NCBI RefSeq assembly: GCF_006345805.1
Contig: NC_042997.1
Coordinates: 146,878,001-146,942,000 of the forward strand
Source of the DNA: Octopus sinensis
Taxonomy: Eukaryota
Length of the DNA stretch: 64,000 nt
Direction of reading: 5' to 3'
The translations under genes and the position numbers were made by a program. The notes beneath the pieces were generated by a model. It saw only the letters and a program-made list of their open reading frames with translations, did not search any database and was not told where the DNA came from. Shown here in pieces: positions 35,500-49,454 of this stretch. How positions within the stretch are numbered: position 1 is the stretch's first letter; every line of letters starts with the position of its first letter.

Positions 35500-38095
35500 C
35501 ATCATCATCGTTTAACGTCTGTTTTCCATGCTAGCATGGGTTGGACGGTTCGGCCAGGGTCTGGGAAGCCAGGAGGCTGCACCAGGCTCTAGTCTGATCT
35601 GGCAGTATTTCTACAGCTGGATGCCCTTCCTAATTCCAACCACTCCGTGAGTGTAGTGGGTGCTTTTAACGTGCCACCGGCACGGAGGCCAGTCAGGGCG
35701 GCACTGGCAATGGCCACGCTGGTATCACAACTACAATTTCTATTGATTTTGATCGATTTTGATTTCACTTGCCTCAACAGGTCTTCGCAAGTAGAGTTTT
35801 GTGTCCCAAGAAGGAAAGGTATGCATAAGTGGACTGGCTACATCCCAGGTAGAGGCCACAGGTTATGGTCTCACTTGTCCTGCCGGGTCTTCTCATGCAC
35901 AGCATACTTCCAAAGGTCTTGATCACTAGTCATTGCTTCGGTGATACCTAATGTTCGAAGGTTGTGCTTCACCACCTCGTCCCAGGTTTTCCTGGGTCTA
36001 CCTCTTCCACAGGTTCCCTCAACCACTAGGGTGTTGCACTTTTTCACACAACTATCTTCATCCATTCTCGCCACATGACCATACCAGCGCAAACGTCTCT
36101 GTTGCATACCACAACTGATGCTTCTTAGGTCCAACTTTTCTCTCAAGTTACTTACAGTCTGTCGAGTATGAACACTGACATTACACCTCCATTGGAGCAT
36201 ACTGGCTTCATTTCTTGCGAGCTTACGCATATCCTCAGCAGTCACGGTCCATGTAGCATGGCTGTTCGTACACGTGTCATACAGTCTGCCTTTTACTCTG
36301 AGCGAGAGGCCTTTTGTCACCAGCAGAGGTAAGAGCTCTCTGAACTTTGCCCAGGCTATTCTTACTCTAGCGGTTACACTTTCAGCACACCCGCCCCCGC
36401 TACTGACTTGGTCACCTAGGTAACGGAAGCTATCAACTACTTCTAGTTTTTCTCCCTGTAATGTGATGGAAGTTGGTCTCTGTGCATTTTCAGTGTTATT
36501 GCTCCTGAGCATCTGCCACATACAAAAACTATCTTCCCAGTTAGCCTTCCTTTGACATTGCTGCACCTCTTATGTGTTCATAGCTTATACTTGGTGCATC
36601 TTATAGAGTTTCTACCTACACCTTTTTTACAGATTGAGCAGGGCCATCTACCTGAAGGCGTTTGCGATTTGTCTACCTTCCTACTTATTAGGACTTTGTT
36701 AGTGACTCAGCAATTAGTGCAAGGTCATCAGCATAGAGGAGCTCCCAGGGGCATCCTGTCTTGAATTCCTCCGTTATTGCCTGGAGGACTATGATAAATA
36801 AGAGGGGGCTGAGGACTGAACCTTGGTGGACCCCTACCTCTACCTGGAATTCTTCACTGTACTCATTGCCAACCCTCACCTTACTAACAGCATCCCTGTA
36901 CATGGCTCGCACAGCTCTCACTAACCATTCATCTATCCCTAGTTTCCTCATTGACCACCAGATTAGGGATCGGGGGACCCTGTCAAAGGCTTTCTCCATG
37001 TCAATGAAAGCCAGGTACAAAGGTTTATCTTTGGCTAGGTATTTCTCCTGCAGCTGTCTTACCAGGAATATAGATTCAGTGGTACTTTTCCCTGGCACGA
37101 ACCCAAACTGCATCTCATCTAAACTGACTCTCTCTCTAATTAGTTGGGCTATGACTCTCTCCGTGACCTTCATTACTTGATCCAGCAACTTGATACCTCT
37201 GTAATTATTTGTATCTAGAGCGTCACCTTTACCTTTGTAGCAGTTGACTATTATGCTGCTACACCAGTCACTGGGTATGACTCCTTCGTGTATCACCTGG
37301 TTAACTATACGGGTGACTAGGCTATAGCCAGATATTTTGAGCATCTCTGCAGTGATTCCTGATGGGCCGGGGGCTTTCCCTGCCTTCATACTCTTGATTG
37401 CTTTAACTACCAAGGTACTGTCAATTTGGATAGCTGGTCCCTCTGTTGGGTCGACATTCGGCAAACTCTTTTTCTCCCATTCATTCTCTTTATTGAGCAA
37501 CCTTTCATAGTGGCGTCTCCAAACCTCTCTCTTTGCAGCCTCATTTAGTGCAAGTGAACCATCATCCATACGGACACATTTCTCTCCTACCACATCACGA
37601 TTCTCTCTCACGCACTGTCTTGCAACACGAAATACTTCAAGTCTTTGGTCCTCACGGCGCAGAACATTGGCAAATTTTTTCTTATCTGCTTCCCCTCTGG
37701 CTAAATAAACCTGTCTCCTAGCTTCCCTTATGGCAGTCTGATACAATTCCCTGCTACCTCCGTTCTTCCGGTCCCTCCAAGCCTGTTTCTTTTGTCTAAT
37801 AGCCCTGTCAACCACATTGTTCCACCACCACGTTACCTTGGGTTGAGATGGGACTTTGCTCCATCCACAGATCTGGTCAGTGGCTTTCAGCAGATTGTCC
37901 CGTAGAAACCTTCAGTTGTCTTCCACATTATGTGATGCTATATCCCCTTCTTTTTCATTGAAAGGCTTAGAGTAGTACGTCTCTAAATCTCTGTCCATTT
38001 GCAGGATCTTTAAGCTTCCAAACCCTTCTCCTCCAAGCTGGTCTTCTTCTGGGCAACCATTTAGCCCTGATCCTGAAGTCGTTAACTACTAATCT
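35500..38095 (-). mobile_element. RTE-clade LINE copy 2, 5'-truncated (RT domain open for 375 aa, PHD finger, 3' UTR)
   Basis: KAPGPSG, NYRGIKLL, QFGFVPGKST, FIDMEKAFDRV, GVHQGSVLSPLLF, LLYADDL, then a deletion of roughly 70 bp relative to copy 1; (GAT)n tail. Confidence 0.95.
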
Positions 38096-38649
38096 ATGTT
38101 GAGGGGTACATTCTTCGCCTGGGAAGGTTTTGGCATTTATAAGCAGCCCTCTTTCCCCTATTACATTTGACAGTGCAATCTGAATGCTTAAGGGTTAAGT
38201 GAACCCTGGTGGACTCAAGTGCAGCATTTTGTTTTTTACAATTCTTTGAACATGGACTCTTCATTTGTTTGTTTGTTGCCAAGAGTATTGTAAAATACCC
38301 GGTGGATCACTGTTCAGTCAAAATAACACATGTTGACACAATGAAAAGTATGGAAGATTTAAAAACAACAAAATGGAAGCCTGTGCTGTAGTTGCAGTAA
38401 GCTTGAAGCCTTGCAGAATAGGTGGGACCATCAGTGTTACGGAAGGCTGTAAGCAATGCGAATCAAACATTAAATGTCAATAACATTATCGAATATATTG
38501 TAATGTCACCTTATAACTTTTTAATTAGTCCTGATATTTCAGGTAAACTACCATTTAAAAAAATGTTTTTTCAAGTGTTAAAAATCAATAGAGTAATGTA
38601 TCTGTTATTTTTAAATACCAGCATGTTGTGATCAAAATACCATGTGTGA

Positions 38650-40350
38650 TGAGTTATGCAATTTTTGGCTGTGTTTTGTGCTCCATGGATTAGTATATTT
38701 TTGTGAGGAATTGAGTTACATTATCACACATGGTGATTAGAGCTACTACTTCTCATTCAAGTTAGTTTGATTTTTAAATCAGAATGGTTACTTCAATTCA
38801 CAATGTTCTATATTATGGGTTGTAGTTTTGATGGTGGTTGTGAAGTGCTTGTTCTTAATAAATGCAGGTGCATTTGTCAAGGTGTTCCTTTAATTTAGAT
38901 GTATAATGGCTGAATTGTGTTGCACAATGTAACATTGCAAGCACATGTTAATATTGTAGATGTGGAAGTTAGTGCTCATAGATTTCTGTTGTTGATGGGC
39001 CATTTCTGAGTAGACCAGCTGCATATTTAGTCATTCTTGATTGACTGTGTTGATGGCAGTGGTTGTATTTTTGTTGAAGTCCAGTAATTTCAAGGAACAA
39101 GCATTTAAAGAGTTTCTGTTTCCTGGGCTTGTGGCTGTGAAGGTAAGGAATGCTGAGTTTCCATTGACCTCCAGCACCTTTTTGGAAAGTTTGTGGTATG
39201 GATGGCCTGATCTTTTAGCTCAGTGCATTTATTCTGGATACAGATAAGTTCTAATATGAAGTGAATGAACAGATTTCTGGTGGCATAAGTCCATTGGAAT
39301 TTCTATTTAAAGTTTTTGTGTACTGATTCTCTTGGAGCTTATCTTGTCTTCCTTTTATACTGTTATACAGTTGCCTCTGCTTCCCAGAGCTTCTTCATCA
39401 GCCGTTTCTGATTCACTTAACTTCTCTCATCATCTATATTGTCAACACCCTGGGCCATACATCTTACCCAGTCCCTTCTCTTGGAACGTTGACTCTCTGG
39501 AATTTCATTCTTGTCATGTTTTCTCGTAGCCATTGACTTTCAACAGTTACTATTGTTGCAAAGGCCATGGGCAGAGTTCCTTCCAAACTAAAAGCAGCTG
39601 TACAACTGAGAGGGAATCCAGTCATAGAAAATCTGTTTCAATGAACTCTGTTTGACCCACGCAAGCATGTGGAAATGAGCCGTTAAAATGTTGATGATGG
39701 TTATGTCAAAGAATAGTGATGATAGGTTTTATAATGTTAAAGATAGTTCACTATAAGTTTCTGTTTTGGAAGTTGTCAGATATTTTTAGAAGTGTGTCAT
39801 GGGAGATGAAGTTAAAAACTTTGTTGCTGTTAATAGTTGTCAGAAATGTGCGTATAAAGGAATTTATTTTTAAGCTGTCCTATATTGTGTGGTGTTCAAG
39901 GATCTGAGTTGGAAAGAGGAATCTGCAGATTGATGTCAAGTCATTTCAGGAATTGCATGTGGGAGTGGGAAGGTGATGCATCTGTGTATTGCTGCTTTTG
40001 TTATTTTGTTTTAGAATTGTTATATAATGTTGCTCAATTTCCAGATCTTTTGCAGTGTTTGCTAGATGAGCACAGTTTGAAGGTGTATATTTGTGATTTT
40101 GCCAAGCTTTGAAGGTTTTTTTTTTTAGTTTTTGTATATCTCTATTGCTTTTGTTGTATCTGATGGAAGGTGTAATATATCTTGCATTTGTGGCTTTTAT
40201 CTTATGTGAGTTAATTTGCTATTGGTGTATGGGCGTGTCACTTGAATTTGTCATGTGCAAGGTTGTGTGGCTGTTGTTGACCTTGTATGATGTGTTACTG
40301 CTTGTTTTGTGGTTTACATCGATCATGAATGTTTGCCTGTTGTAGGATAT
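38650..40350 (-). mobile_element. Strongly decayed Penelope-like element (possible RT C-terminus plus GIY-YIG)
   Basis: A/C-rich minus strand; fragment STNFHIYNINMCLQCYIVQ resembles the IY-x-I-x-C-x2-C...YIG GIY-YIG motif; many stops. Confidence 0.35.
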
Positions 40351-42729
40351 TTTTTAATTGGCCTATAATTATTTTATTGTATATATTGTGGTGTTACTGG
40401 TCTTGTTTAGCCTCTGGTCAACCTTGATTGAACAAGTCTCCCACTCATGAGCATCCAGTCACTTTAGTGGTATCTTGGACTTCATTATCCTGTGTCCTTT
40501 CAGGGAGTTTTTAACTGCTGTTTCTTGGAGAATAAACAACCACATAGCTTGTTCATGCAACTTCTGTATTGGTTATTGTTCAGTCTCAGGTCATCCCTGA
40601 TTGAACAAAGAAAGCATTCCAGCTGTAATAACCCTGTCCCCTTAAGTATTGATATATAGGGTTACATTATCCAATGTCTCCCTTGCTAGATTGTAGGGTG
40701 TAATTAAAGGATAGTTGGTTGCATTTTCTAACAAGGGGCTCCTTCAGTAGCTTGTGTAGGGTGTATATTGTTCATTATTGTAATTTTAAATTCTGGGATT
40801 GTTTTTTTTAAAGTTTGTGCTAATATTTTTGCTTGATTTGTTCAGTCTGCTATGGTGATGATGGACTGTTAATTGGAGAATTATGGGGTTGGTTGCCGGC
40901 TGTTTGTGATAAGCAGGTGCGTGGAGTGGAAAGTAATGTCTGGAGACAAGTTGCAGTTAACTTGGTGAGGTATGTGGGTGGGTTGTTTAGGTTATAAATA
41001 ACCTAGTTTTAATGTGATTGTGTCTCCACTTATGTTATCTGCTTTGTTTTTGTGCCAGGATGTGTTGCGTACATGAGATTTTATGTGTAGTCTGGTGGGG
41101 GCAGTTAGTGAAGTTACTGGTGGTATTTTTTTACTTGTTTCAGTCAGACTGCAGCCATGCTGGAGCACTTTAGTCGAACAAATCAATCCCAGGACTTATT
41201 CGTTGTAAGCTTGGTACTTATTCTATTGGGATGTAGCAATATTAATAGTTTCATCAAAGTAGATATTGTGAGCTTTAGGAGAGGAACATTAAAATATTGT
41301 AATACCCTTGTTTTTACTACAAGTGAAATGTTACTGTTAATACAATAATAATAATTTGTTGCATTGGTACACAACTGCACAGTTATAGGGCAAGATTATA
41401 GTCAACTAGATACAACAAATATTTTATCAACTGTGGAGATATGAACTTGGATTGTAGGGTAATGAAACTTTTTTTATAAGTTTAGTCAGAGGAATTGGGA
41501 TGGGCAGCATCTGTGATCCTTTGCAGGATGTCTGAGACTGGTGAGAGTAAGGGAGAAAATTATACTAAGACCAGAGTTTCGACTGGAATGTTTGTAACTG
41601 GATGCTACTTCTGTTGATTTATTTCTTTTTAATGTTTTCGAGTCGTTATAATTTGTCCAATTTCCAGTTTTTTTTTTTTTGTAGATTGAATGACTAATTA
41701 AGTTGTTGGTGAGCCACATAGGTTTTTGGTCTATGTACTTTTGTGAAAGGGCCAGGTGTTAGTGCCTATGTCCTAAACCACATACTAAAATGCATTTAGT
41801 GCAGTACTCTTCCTTCTCAGTGTCATTTTACCACATTTAGATTTTGTAGAAGGGCAAATGACAAGTAAATTGATTATAGTATGTTATTATTGAGACATTT
41901 TTCATCCCATGTCCTGTCCACTCAGAATTATGACAAATCTGAGTGATTTTTATTTCCTGTTATATCATGGTTTTAGAATTGGTATCCCTGCATGTCATTA
42001 GAGGTAGCTAAAAGGGCTGGCATCAAGAAGACCATTTAGTTATGCCAAAATGGGAGAGCAGATGTAACAATGACGATGTCTTCTGATTCCTTCATCTTCA
42101 CATCAACAGATTTGAAGTTTATTGTTCATGTATGGTGTCTATTGTTATACTTGTGGAAGATTTTGTAAATGAAAAGGATTTTCATTTACAAAGTCTTTTC
42201 TTCACTTGTCAGAGCAAAACATGTCTGGAGTTGTCTTCTTAATCTGATAAAAACAATATTGTTGTTTCTTTATTGCTTAATTATTCTAATTCAGCTTTTT
42301 AATACTCCTTACATTAAATATATTAGCAATAACATACTCATTGATGTTAAAATGAATGGATCTCTGATTTATTTCATTCTTTCTTATTGAGTGAAATGTT
42401 GGCTTAATAGCTAATTGATAGTTTTGTTACCAACTTCATTGACAATTTAATGACAGGTTTTATTTTTTTTTTAACATGGTGGCATGGGTTGGATACATTA
42501 TATTACTAGTTGTCACAAGCTTTTGTCACCTTGTAAGGCCCAACATCTGATATCTGACTTCAACCACTTCTTAGATCTCCCTTGGTTTCTTTTGTTTCAT
42601 TCTCAGCATTTGGGACTTTTTCATTTTGCAGCCATTGTCTACAGCAGTGGTTCTTAATATGGGTAGTAACCTCCCCATGGGGGTGTTGTGAGTTCATGAG
42701 GAACAGCAAATGTTAAGGGATTAACATTT

Positions 42730-44150
42730 GCTGTTGGGGTTAATCTGCCCAATTTTCAAGAAAGGGAGCCGCGAAGACCCGCTTAACTACCGACCGGTTT
42801 CCCTTACTTCAATAATCAGCAAGATGTTTGAAACCATCCTTAAGAAAAGTATGTTGCTCCACCTCCAAAACACAGCCTCTATCTCTGATTCCCAACATGG
42901 CTTCGTGCTGAAAAGATCATGCTTGACCAACTTACTGGTAATGGAAGAATTGGTGACACGTATCCTGGATGATGGTGATGCTGTTGTCATTGTTTTATTG
43001 GAATTTGCCAAAGCTTTTGACTCGGTTAACCACCGCCTATTACTTGTCAAGCTTCAGGCATATCGTTTCCATCCGGATATTGTACGATGGGTTGGTGCCT
43101 TCCTCTCAGATCGCTCCTTCCAAGTCGAAGTTAATGGTTCGCTGTCCGACGTCTCCAGCGCGAGCAGTGGCATGCCTCAAGGTTCAGTGCTTGGGCCCTT
43201 ATTGTTTTTAGTCTTCATAAATGACTTGCCCGATGACCTCACGCAACACACCCTTCTATTTGCCGATGATGTCAAACTGGTCGCTCCTCGCAGTGATATA
43301 GATGATCTTCATCGATGCCTCCACCAAGTTTGGAGATGGTCTAACGAATGAGACCTGTGTCTGAACGTGTCAAAGTGTTGTCATCTGCCTGTTAGCGCTT
43401 CTCCTGCAACTCAACTTGATTTCGAGCCGGGTTGTCTGCTGCTGGAGAGGACCGACCAGGTAAAGGACCTGGGTATCTTGGTGGATTCTTCCTTTTTGCC
43501 CTCGGCTCAGTGCGTCCATGCTGCCAACAAAGCACGCAGAGTTCTGTTTTTGATTCGACAGTCATTCGGAATGCTCACAGCAACCATATTCCTACCGCTC
43601 TATCTCACGCTGGTGAGACCCATATTGGAGTATGGGATTCAAGCCTCTTCACCTTATCTCCTCAAAGACATACATCATCTCGAAAGAGTCCAGAAGCTGG
43701 CTACCCGCATGTTTCTTGGTCTCAAGTATTTGTCTTATAAAGAAAGGCTGAAGACGCTCGACCTTTATTCTCTAGAAAAATGACGATGCCGTGGTGATCT
43801 CATTCTTGCTCACAACATCATAAGCGGAAAGTGTAACCTCTCGAAAGAGCTGTTCTTCACTCCTGCTCCAGAGCGTCGGCTGCGGGGTCACTCCGAAAAG
43901 CTCTATCTGTGACGATTTCATCTCAATCGAAGGAGAGGGGCTTTCTCCGTCCGGGTTGCAGATCCGTGGAATAAGCTGCCGGACGAGATAGTGAAGATGC
44001 CAACGACCGCTCGGTTCAAAGTCGCTTTTGAGCAGAAATGGCCTGAACTCTTTGCATGAGCACCCTCCCTGTACATAACTCCGTGTCCCCCTACATGGCC
44101 TTGCTTTTTGCTTTTTGAGCCAAAAAATTAACTTAACTAACTTATTCACA
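42730..44150 (+). mobile_element. 5'-truncated CR1-group LINE (RT plus C-terminal region plus 3' UTR)
   Basis: NYRPVSLTS, QHGF, KAFDSVNH, GMPQGSVLGPLLF, LFADDVKL, LVRPILEY, ERVQKLATR, LRGH, WNKLP; one frame with point stops; (TAAC)-like tail. Confidence 0.93.
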
Positions 44151-47100
44151 AGTCTTTGTCACAATTAAAATATCAATATAATATTGGGTTTTGAGTGAAC
44201 ATATGGAAAGTACCACTGTCCATATGATTCTTCAGTAATTTCAATCAATGATAAAGCATTGTGCAAAATTAGCTTGTTTGGCCAAATATGGGGAGGAAGC
44301 ACTTGTAAAATGCCCTTCTGTGAAAGAGGGTGCTGGGTTACACAAGGTTGAAAACCACTTGTAAATATCCATATAGTTGTCTCTCCAGCATGCACTGGCT
44401 GTCTTTAATGTCCAGCATTCTCTCAGTTAATTTGTTGTGCTCCTTATTTTATGCAATTTAATATTCTTTTCTACTCTAGGCACAAGACCCGGAATTTTTT
44501 GGGGGATGGGGCCAGTCAATTAGATCAACCCCAGTATGCAACTGGTACTTAATTTATCGACCCCAAAAAGATGAAAGGCAAAGTCATCCTTGGCAGAATT
44601 TGAATTCATAATGTAAAGACAGACAAAATACTGCTAAGCATATGTGCTCACGTTTCTGCCAGCTTGTCGCCTTAAATTTATGCAATTTAACATTGCACAT
44701 CCAATGGAGTATATGTGGTTCCTTTCTCTGCAACTCCTACAGCTTTTTTACATTCAGTAATCATCACCATTTTAACATCAACTTCAACATGCTTGCATGG
44801 GTCGAAGGAATGTATTGAGGCAATGGTTTCCTTCTTGTTGCCACCCGTTTGCAAGCAAGCTAATATTTCCCCATAGCCAGATATGCTTATGTGGAATATT
44901 AGAAATGAATGACACTGCTTGTATGACATTGACAGTAATTTACAACTATGATGCAATGTCAACATGTCATGACAATGACACACACACATGTAACAGGCTT
45001 CTTTTAGTTTCCATCTACAAAATCCACTCAGTAGGCTTTGGTTGGCTCAAAACTGTAGTAGAAGACACTTGCCCAGATGCCATGCAGTAGGATTGAACTC
45101 ATAACCATGCAGTTGGAAAGCAAACTTCTTAACTACACAACTGTGCCTATCAATGTCCATGCTTTATCTATTAGCAGCAACATGCTTATATATATTTTGT
45201 GTAGTCTGCATGTAGTTGGCATGGAAGAAAGGAAACCCTTGTTGATAGCAGAAGTAATAACTTTCTAAACCTTTATTTCTGTGTCACTAAAGTCTACTCC
45301 AGAAGAACTAATTGTTATTTAGCCCTAAGCTGGAACAAATCAAGCAAATCTAAGATTAAAAGCATTCAAGAAAGGCAGTGAGCTGGCAGAAATGTTAGCA
45401 CGCTGGGCGAAATGCTTAGTGGTATTTCGTCTGCCGCTATGTTCTGAGTCGACTTTGTCTTTCATCCTTTCGGGGTCGATAAATTAAGTACCAGTTACGC
45501 ACTGGGGTTGATGTAATCAACTTAATCCATTTGTCTGTCCTTGTCTGTCCCCACTATGTTTAGCCCCTTGTGGGCAATAAAGAAATAAGATTAAAAGCAT
45601 TCAAGCTATTATTACTTTGTCGTGTTTTCAAGATTACCCCATGTGTCTATTATCCTGTGCTTTTATCTAAGCTGGTGTAGTGTGATGTGATGGGAATTTG
45701 ACTTGTTTCTAGCAAGTTGAGTGATTATGTAGAAGTTCTCCAAAAATTTCATCTACACAACAAATTAACTTTATTTAGTGATCATTTACAGGCTTCATTT
45801 CATGGGTAGCTCTATTGATACTTATTTCTTAACATTTAGTAAAATTTGTTTTGATTCTCTGTTAATCCACCACCAGAGATTCCTGTGCATCTTTTTTGTT
45901 CCCATTGCTTACATTATTCTATTCATCTCTTTTGCTGAAATGCTAAGTTATGGAGATGTAAACCAGCTAGTAGTAGTTATCAAGTGCAAAGAGGTGGGGG
46001 TCAAACACTGATACACACACACACACATAAACAAACACAGCAGAGTTTTACACAGTTGCCATCTACTAAATCCACTGACAAGGCATTGGTTAGCCTGCCC
46101 CTGGCTCTTGTAGAAGACATATACCCAAGGTGCTGCACAATGGGACTGCACCTGAAGCTATGTTGCAAAGTGGGCTTCCTTACTTTACAGCCATACCTGC
46201 ACCTGTGTTAACATTGTTTACACAGTATCAAATTCTTACTTATTTTTTTTTCCCTTCATATTGAACCTATCATAGAATTTAAACTCATAATTTAGGAGTA
46301 ATTCAAGATACACAGCACATTCTTTTTCAAAACCAGTACAGAGAGCATAAGTAGAAAGACAGTAGTTGTATCACACTGAAACTATTTATATTCTAAACTA
46401 CCTAGATGGTATCAGGAATTTGTTCTTTTACAACTAGCACTTTTAATTTTTGCCATGTTGACTATTGGGCCTTTGTCCTTTTATAGCTCTAAGGGGTCCA
46501 TACCACATTTTTCAGGGCTACCTAAAATACAGCTGGGACATTTAGTTCGTACAGAAGTTTCTAAGGAATGATAAGCAAGTTCAACTGCTCATTTTACTTG
46601 AAAAAAAGCTCATGTTGGGGTTTTGCAACAGGAAAGTCTACCTCAATAACTTTCTTCTAATTCATGCCAGCGTGGAAGAGTAAACTTAAATAATGATGTT
46701 AACAAGCATACAATTAACTTTGTCATTATCCTCATATGTCCTTCTTTGTGTTAATACAATATGATAAATATTGATCATTACATTACATTACTCTAGTTTT
46801 GTGTACTATCTAATTCTTGTCTGCCCGAGTTGAAAATTCTTGTCTACTTGAGTTCTCCTCTGCCCGCGTTGAAAATTCGTCTATATGATGTGACAAAATT
46901 TCTTTTCCAGATTAAGTAACTTGATCTGATGACTTAATATACACACGTAATCTATTTTGATTTGACTTGTAACATGTGTAACATAATCACTGAAAGAGAC
47001 CAAAGTTAGTAATTACACAGTAATGGTGTAATATCAGTATTTTCATTGAATTTGCCATTTACCAGCTGTTGTGTATGCATGAACTTATAATATTGGATGT

Positions 47101-47814
47101 GGTATTGTCTTCACTAGCTTTTGTTAAGTACCAGATCAGCTTTTATTAAGCAAGCTTTGATTAAGAGCATTCCAGCCGTCACCATCCTTTTCTGTATATT
47201 GGAGATTATTATACCAATTAATGTATCTTTTTTGTAGCTTTCATTATATGTTGTTTTCATGTAGAGTATCTAAGGTGTGTTGATCTGGCAGAATTCATCC
47301 CTCGGTTTAGCTTAAGAATCTCGCATCATATTTTTTTTTCTACTCTAGGCACAAGGCCTGAAATTTTGTGGGGAGGAGGGCCAGTCAATTAGATTGTCCC
47401 CAGTATGCAACTGGTACTTAATTTATTGACCCCGGAAGGATGAAAGGCAAAGTCGACCTCGGCGAAATTTGAACTCAACATAAAGACAGACGAAATACCG
47501 CAAAGCATTTTGCCCGGCGTGCTGACAGTTCTGCCAGCTCGCCACCTTAATCTCGCATCATATTGACTCACCTGTTTTAAAAGTTTGCTTTGCAAACCAT
47601 CTGGTTTTGAGTTTGATTCCTTAGGCAATTGTGTTCTACCATATATCCTGGTTCACCTATGTCTTGTGAGTGAAATTTGGTTGACTGAAACTGTTGAAAG
47701 CCCATCATATACATACTTGTGTGTTTAGATTTTGACTGAAAAATCCATTTTCTAATAAAATTTGGCTGTTTGAATTATTTCCATTTGTTTTAAATTTATC
47801 TAATTTAAATTCAG

Positions 47815-47948
47815 ATTTCTGACGATGAAGATGACACCCATCCAAATATTGACACAGCCAGCTTGTTCCGCTGGCGTCACCAGGCTCGTATTGAGAAGAT
47901 GGAACAGGCGAAAAAGGAGAGAGAAAGCTTTGAAGAAAGTGTCAAAAC
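47815..47948 (+). CDS. CDC37: Cdc37 exon 2 [44 protein letters not shown]
   Basis: Near-identical to the conserved [24 protein letters not shown], including the CK2-site serine. CAG/GTATGT boundaries, 134 nt. Confidence 0.98.
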
Positions 47949-49357
47949 GTATGTACACAGTGTTTCATTGTTTGTTGCTGTTTAGTTCCATGTGGAACCA
48001 CCATATGATCAAAACCCTTCTAGCTATAACCATCTTGTCATTTTGTAAACCAGAGTCTACACTGCCTATGTCTCCTTAATAATGGAACCTTCATCATTTA
48101 CTTGTTTTAGTCATTGGACTACAGCCATGCTGGTGTACTGCTTTGAAGGATTTAGTCAAATAATTTGACCTCAGTACTTATTTTCTAAGTCTGGTATGTA
48201 GTCTATTGGACTCTTGCCAAACCACTAAATTATGGGGATGTAAACAAACCAGCACCTGTTAAGTGGTGGTGGTAAGAGGAGAAACACAGAAGTAGTGTAC
48301 ATTTGAGTGAGATTTAATGTTTATAGCATTTTGAGCATCTGTGTACAATTTCCTCATTGGCTCATTCTTTACACATGAAGGCATAGCTACAAAGAAGTTG
48401 CTGGACCACTGACCTTATTATTTCAAACCTTTACTGGAATCATTATGTTGTTGAGCTGACCTGTGATCAAAGACATTTCGGCCGTAACTACCCTGTCTTT
48501 AGAAATGAAATGGACATCAGAGAGATTAAATCCTGGAAGGGGTAGACCCAGGAAGATGTGGGACAAGGTGGTGAAATGTGATCTTCAGTTGTTGAGCCGC
48601 ATGGAGGCAAGGACAAATAAGTGAGACTTCTGCTGATTTGCTGTGCTTGAGAAGACATGTCAAGCTAAGTAAATTGTGGTAAAAAAAAGCATCCAGTACA
48701 CTTTGTAAAGTAGTTGGCGTTAAGAAGAGCAGCCAGCTGTAGAAATCATGCCGAAACAAACTGGAACCTGGTGCAGCTCTCCCACCCATGCCAGACATTA
48801 CAATGATGATGATTACAACACATCATCATCCTTTAACGTCTGCTTTCCATGCTGGCATGGGTTGGACAGTTTGACCAGAGCTGGCAAGCTGGAGAGCTGC
48901 ACCAGGTCCCAGTCTGATTTGGCATGGCTTCTATGACTGGATGTCCTTTCTAATGCCAACCACTTTACAGTGTGTGCTGAGTGCTTTTAATATGGCACTG
49001 GCTCGAGTGTTTTTGTGTGGCACTCCATGTTGTTTTATATGTTGGAATGTGCAATATAATCTTCACCTAGTTGGACGCAGGGACAGTATATTTCTGGCTC
49101 TCTGCCTGTTTAACCAACTACCTACAATGACAGATATCTTCTTGATTGAAACTGATCTTGAAAATACTCAACAAAACAACAACCAATTAATATAAAATAT
49201 AGCTATTTACTCACTCCATCTAAATTCTCAGTCTATTTCCAAAATAAATTGAATTGAAATTTTATTGGTTGTGTATTTCAATAGCGGTTAAATTGTGAGT
49301 TCAATACAGGTTTTGGGGCAATTGTAGTAGAATTTTATTTCCTTATAACTATTTCAG

Positions 49358-49409
49358 AAATAAGAAAAGGTTAGAGGAAAAAAAACAGAAACTCAATGAA
49401 GCTGATAAG
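49358..49409 (+). CDS. CDC37: Cdc37 exon 3 (T)NKKRLEEKKQKLNEADK
   Basis: 52 nt, CAG/GTAAGT. Bridges phase 2 of exon 2 to phase 0 of exon 4; coiled-coil composition. Confidence 0.88.
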
Positions 49410-49454
49410 GTAAGTAATTGTGAAGATTTCACCTTCAGGTTTTAAGATTTAAGT

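Noticed and set aside
46900-46935. C/D box snoRNA (CTGATGA)
   Set aside because: No properly spaced box C/box D pair with a terminal stem.
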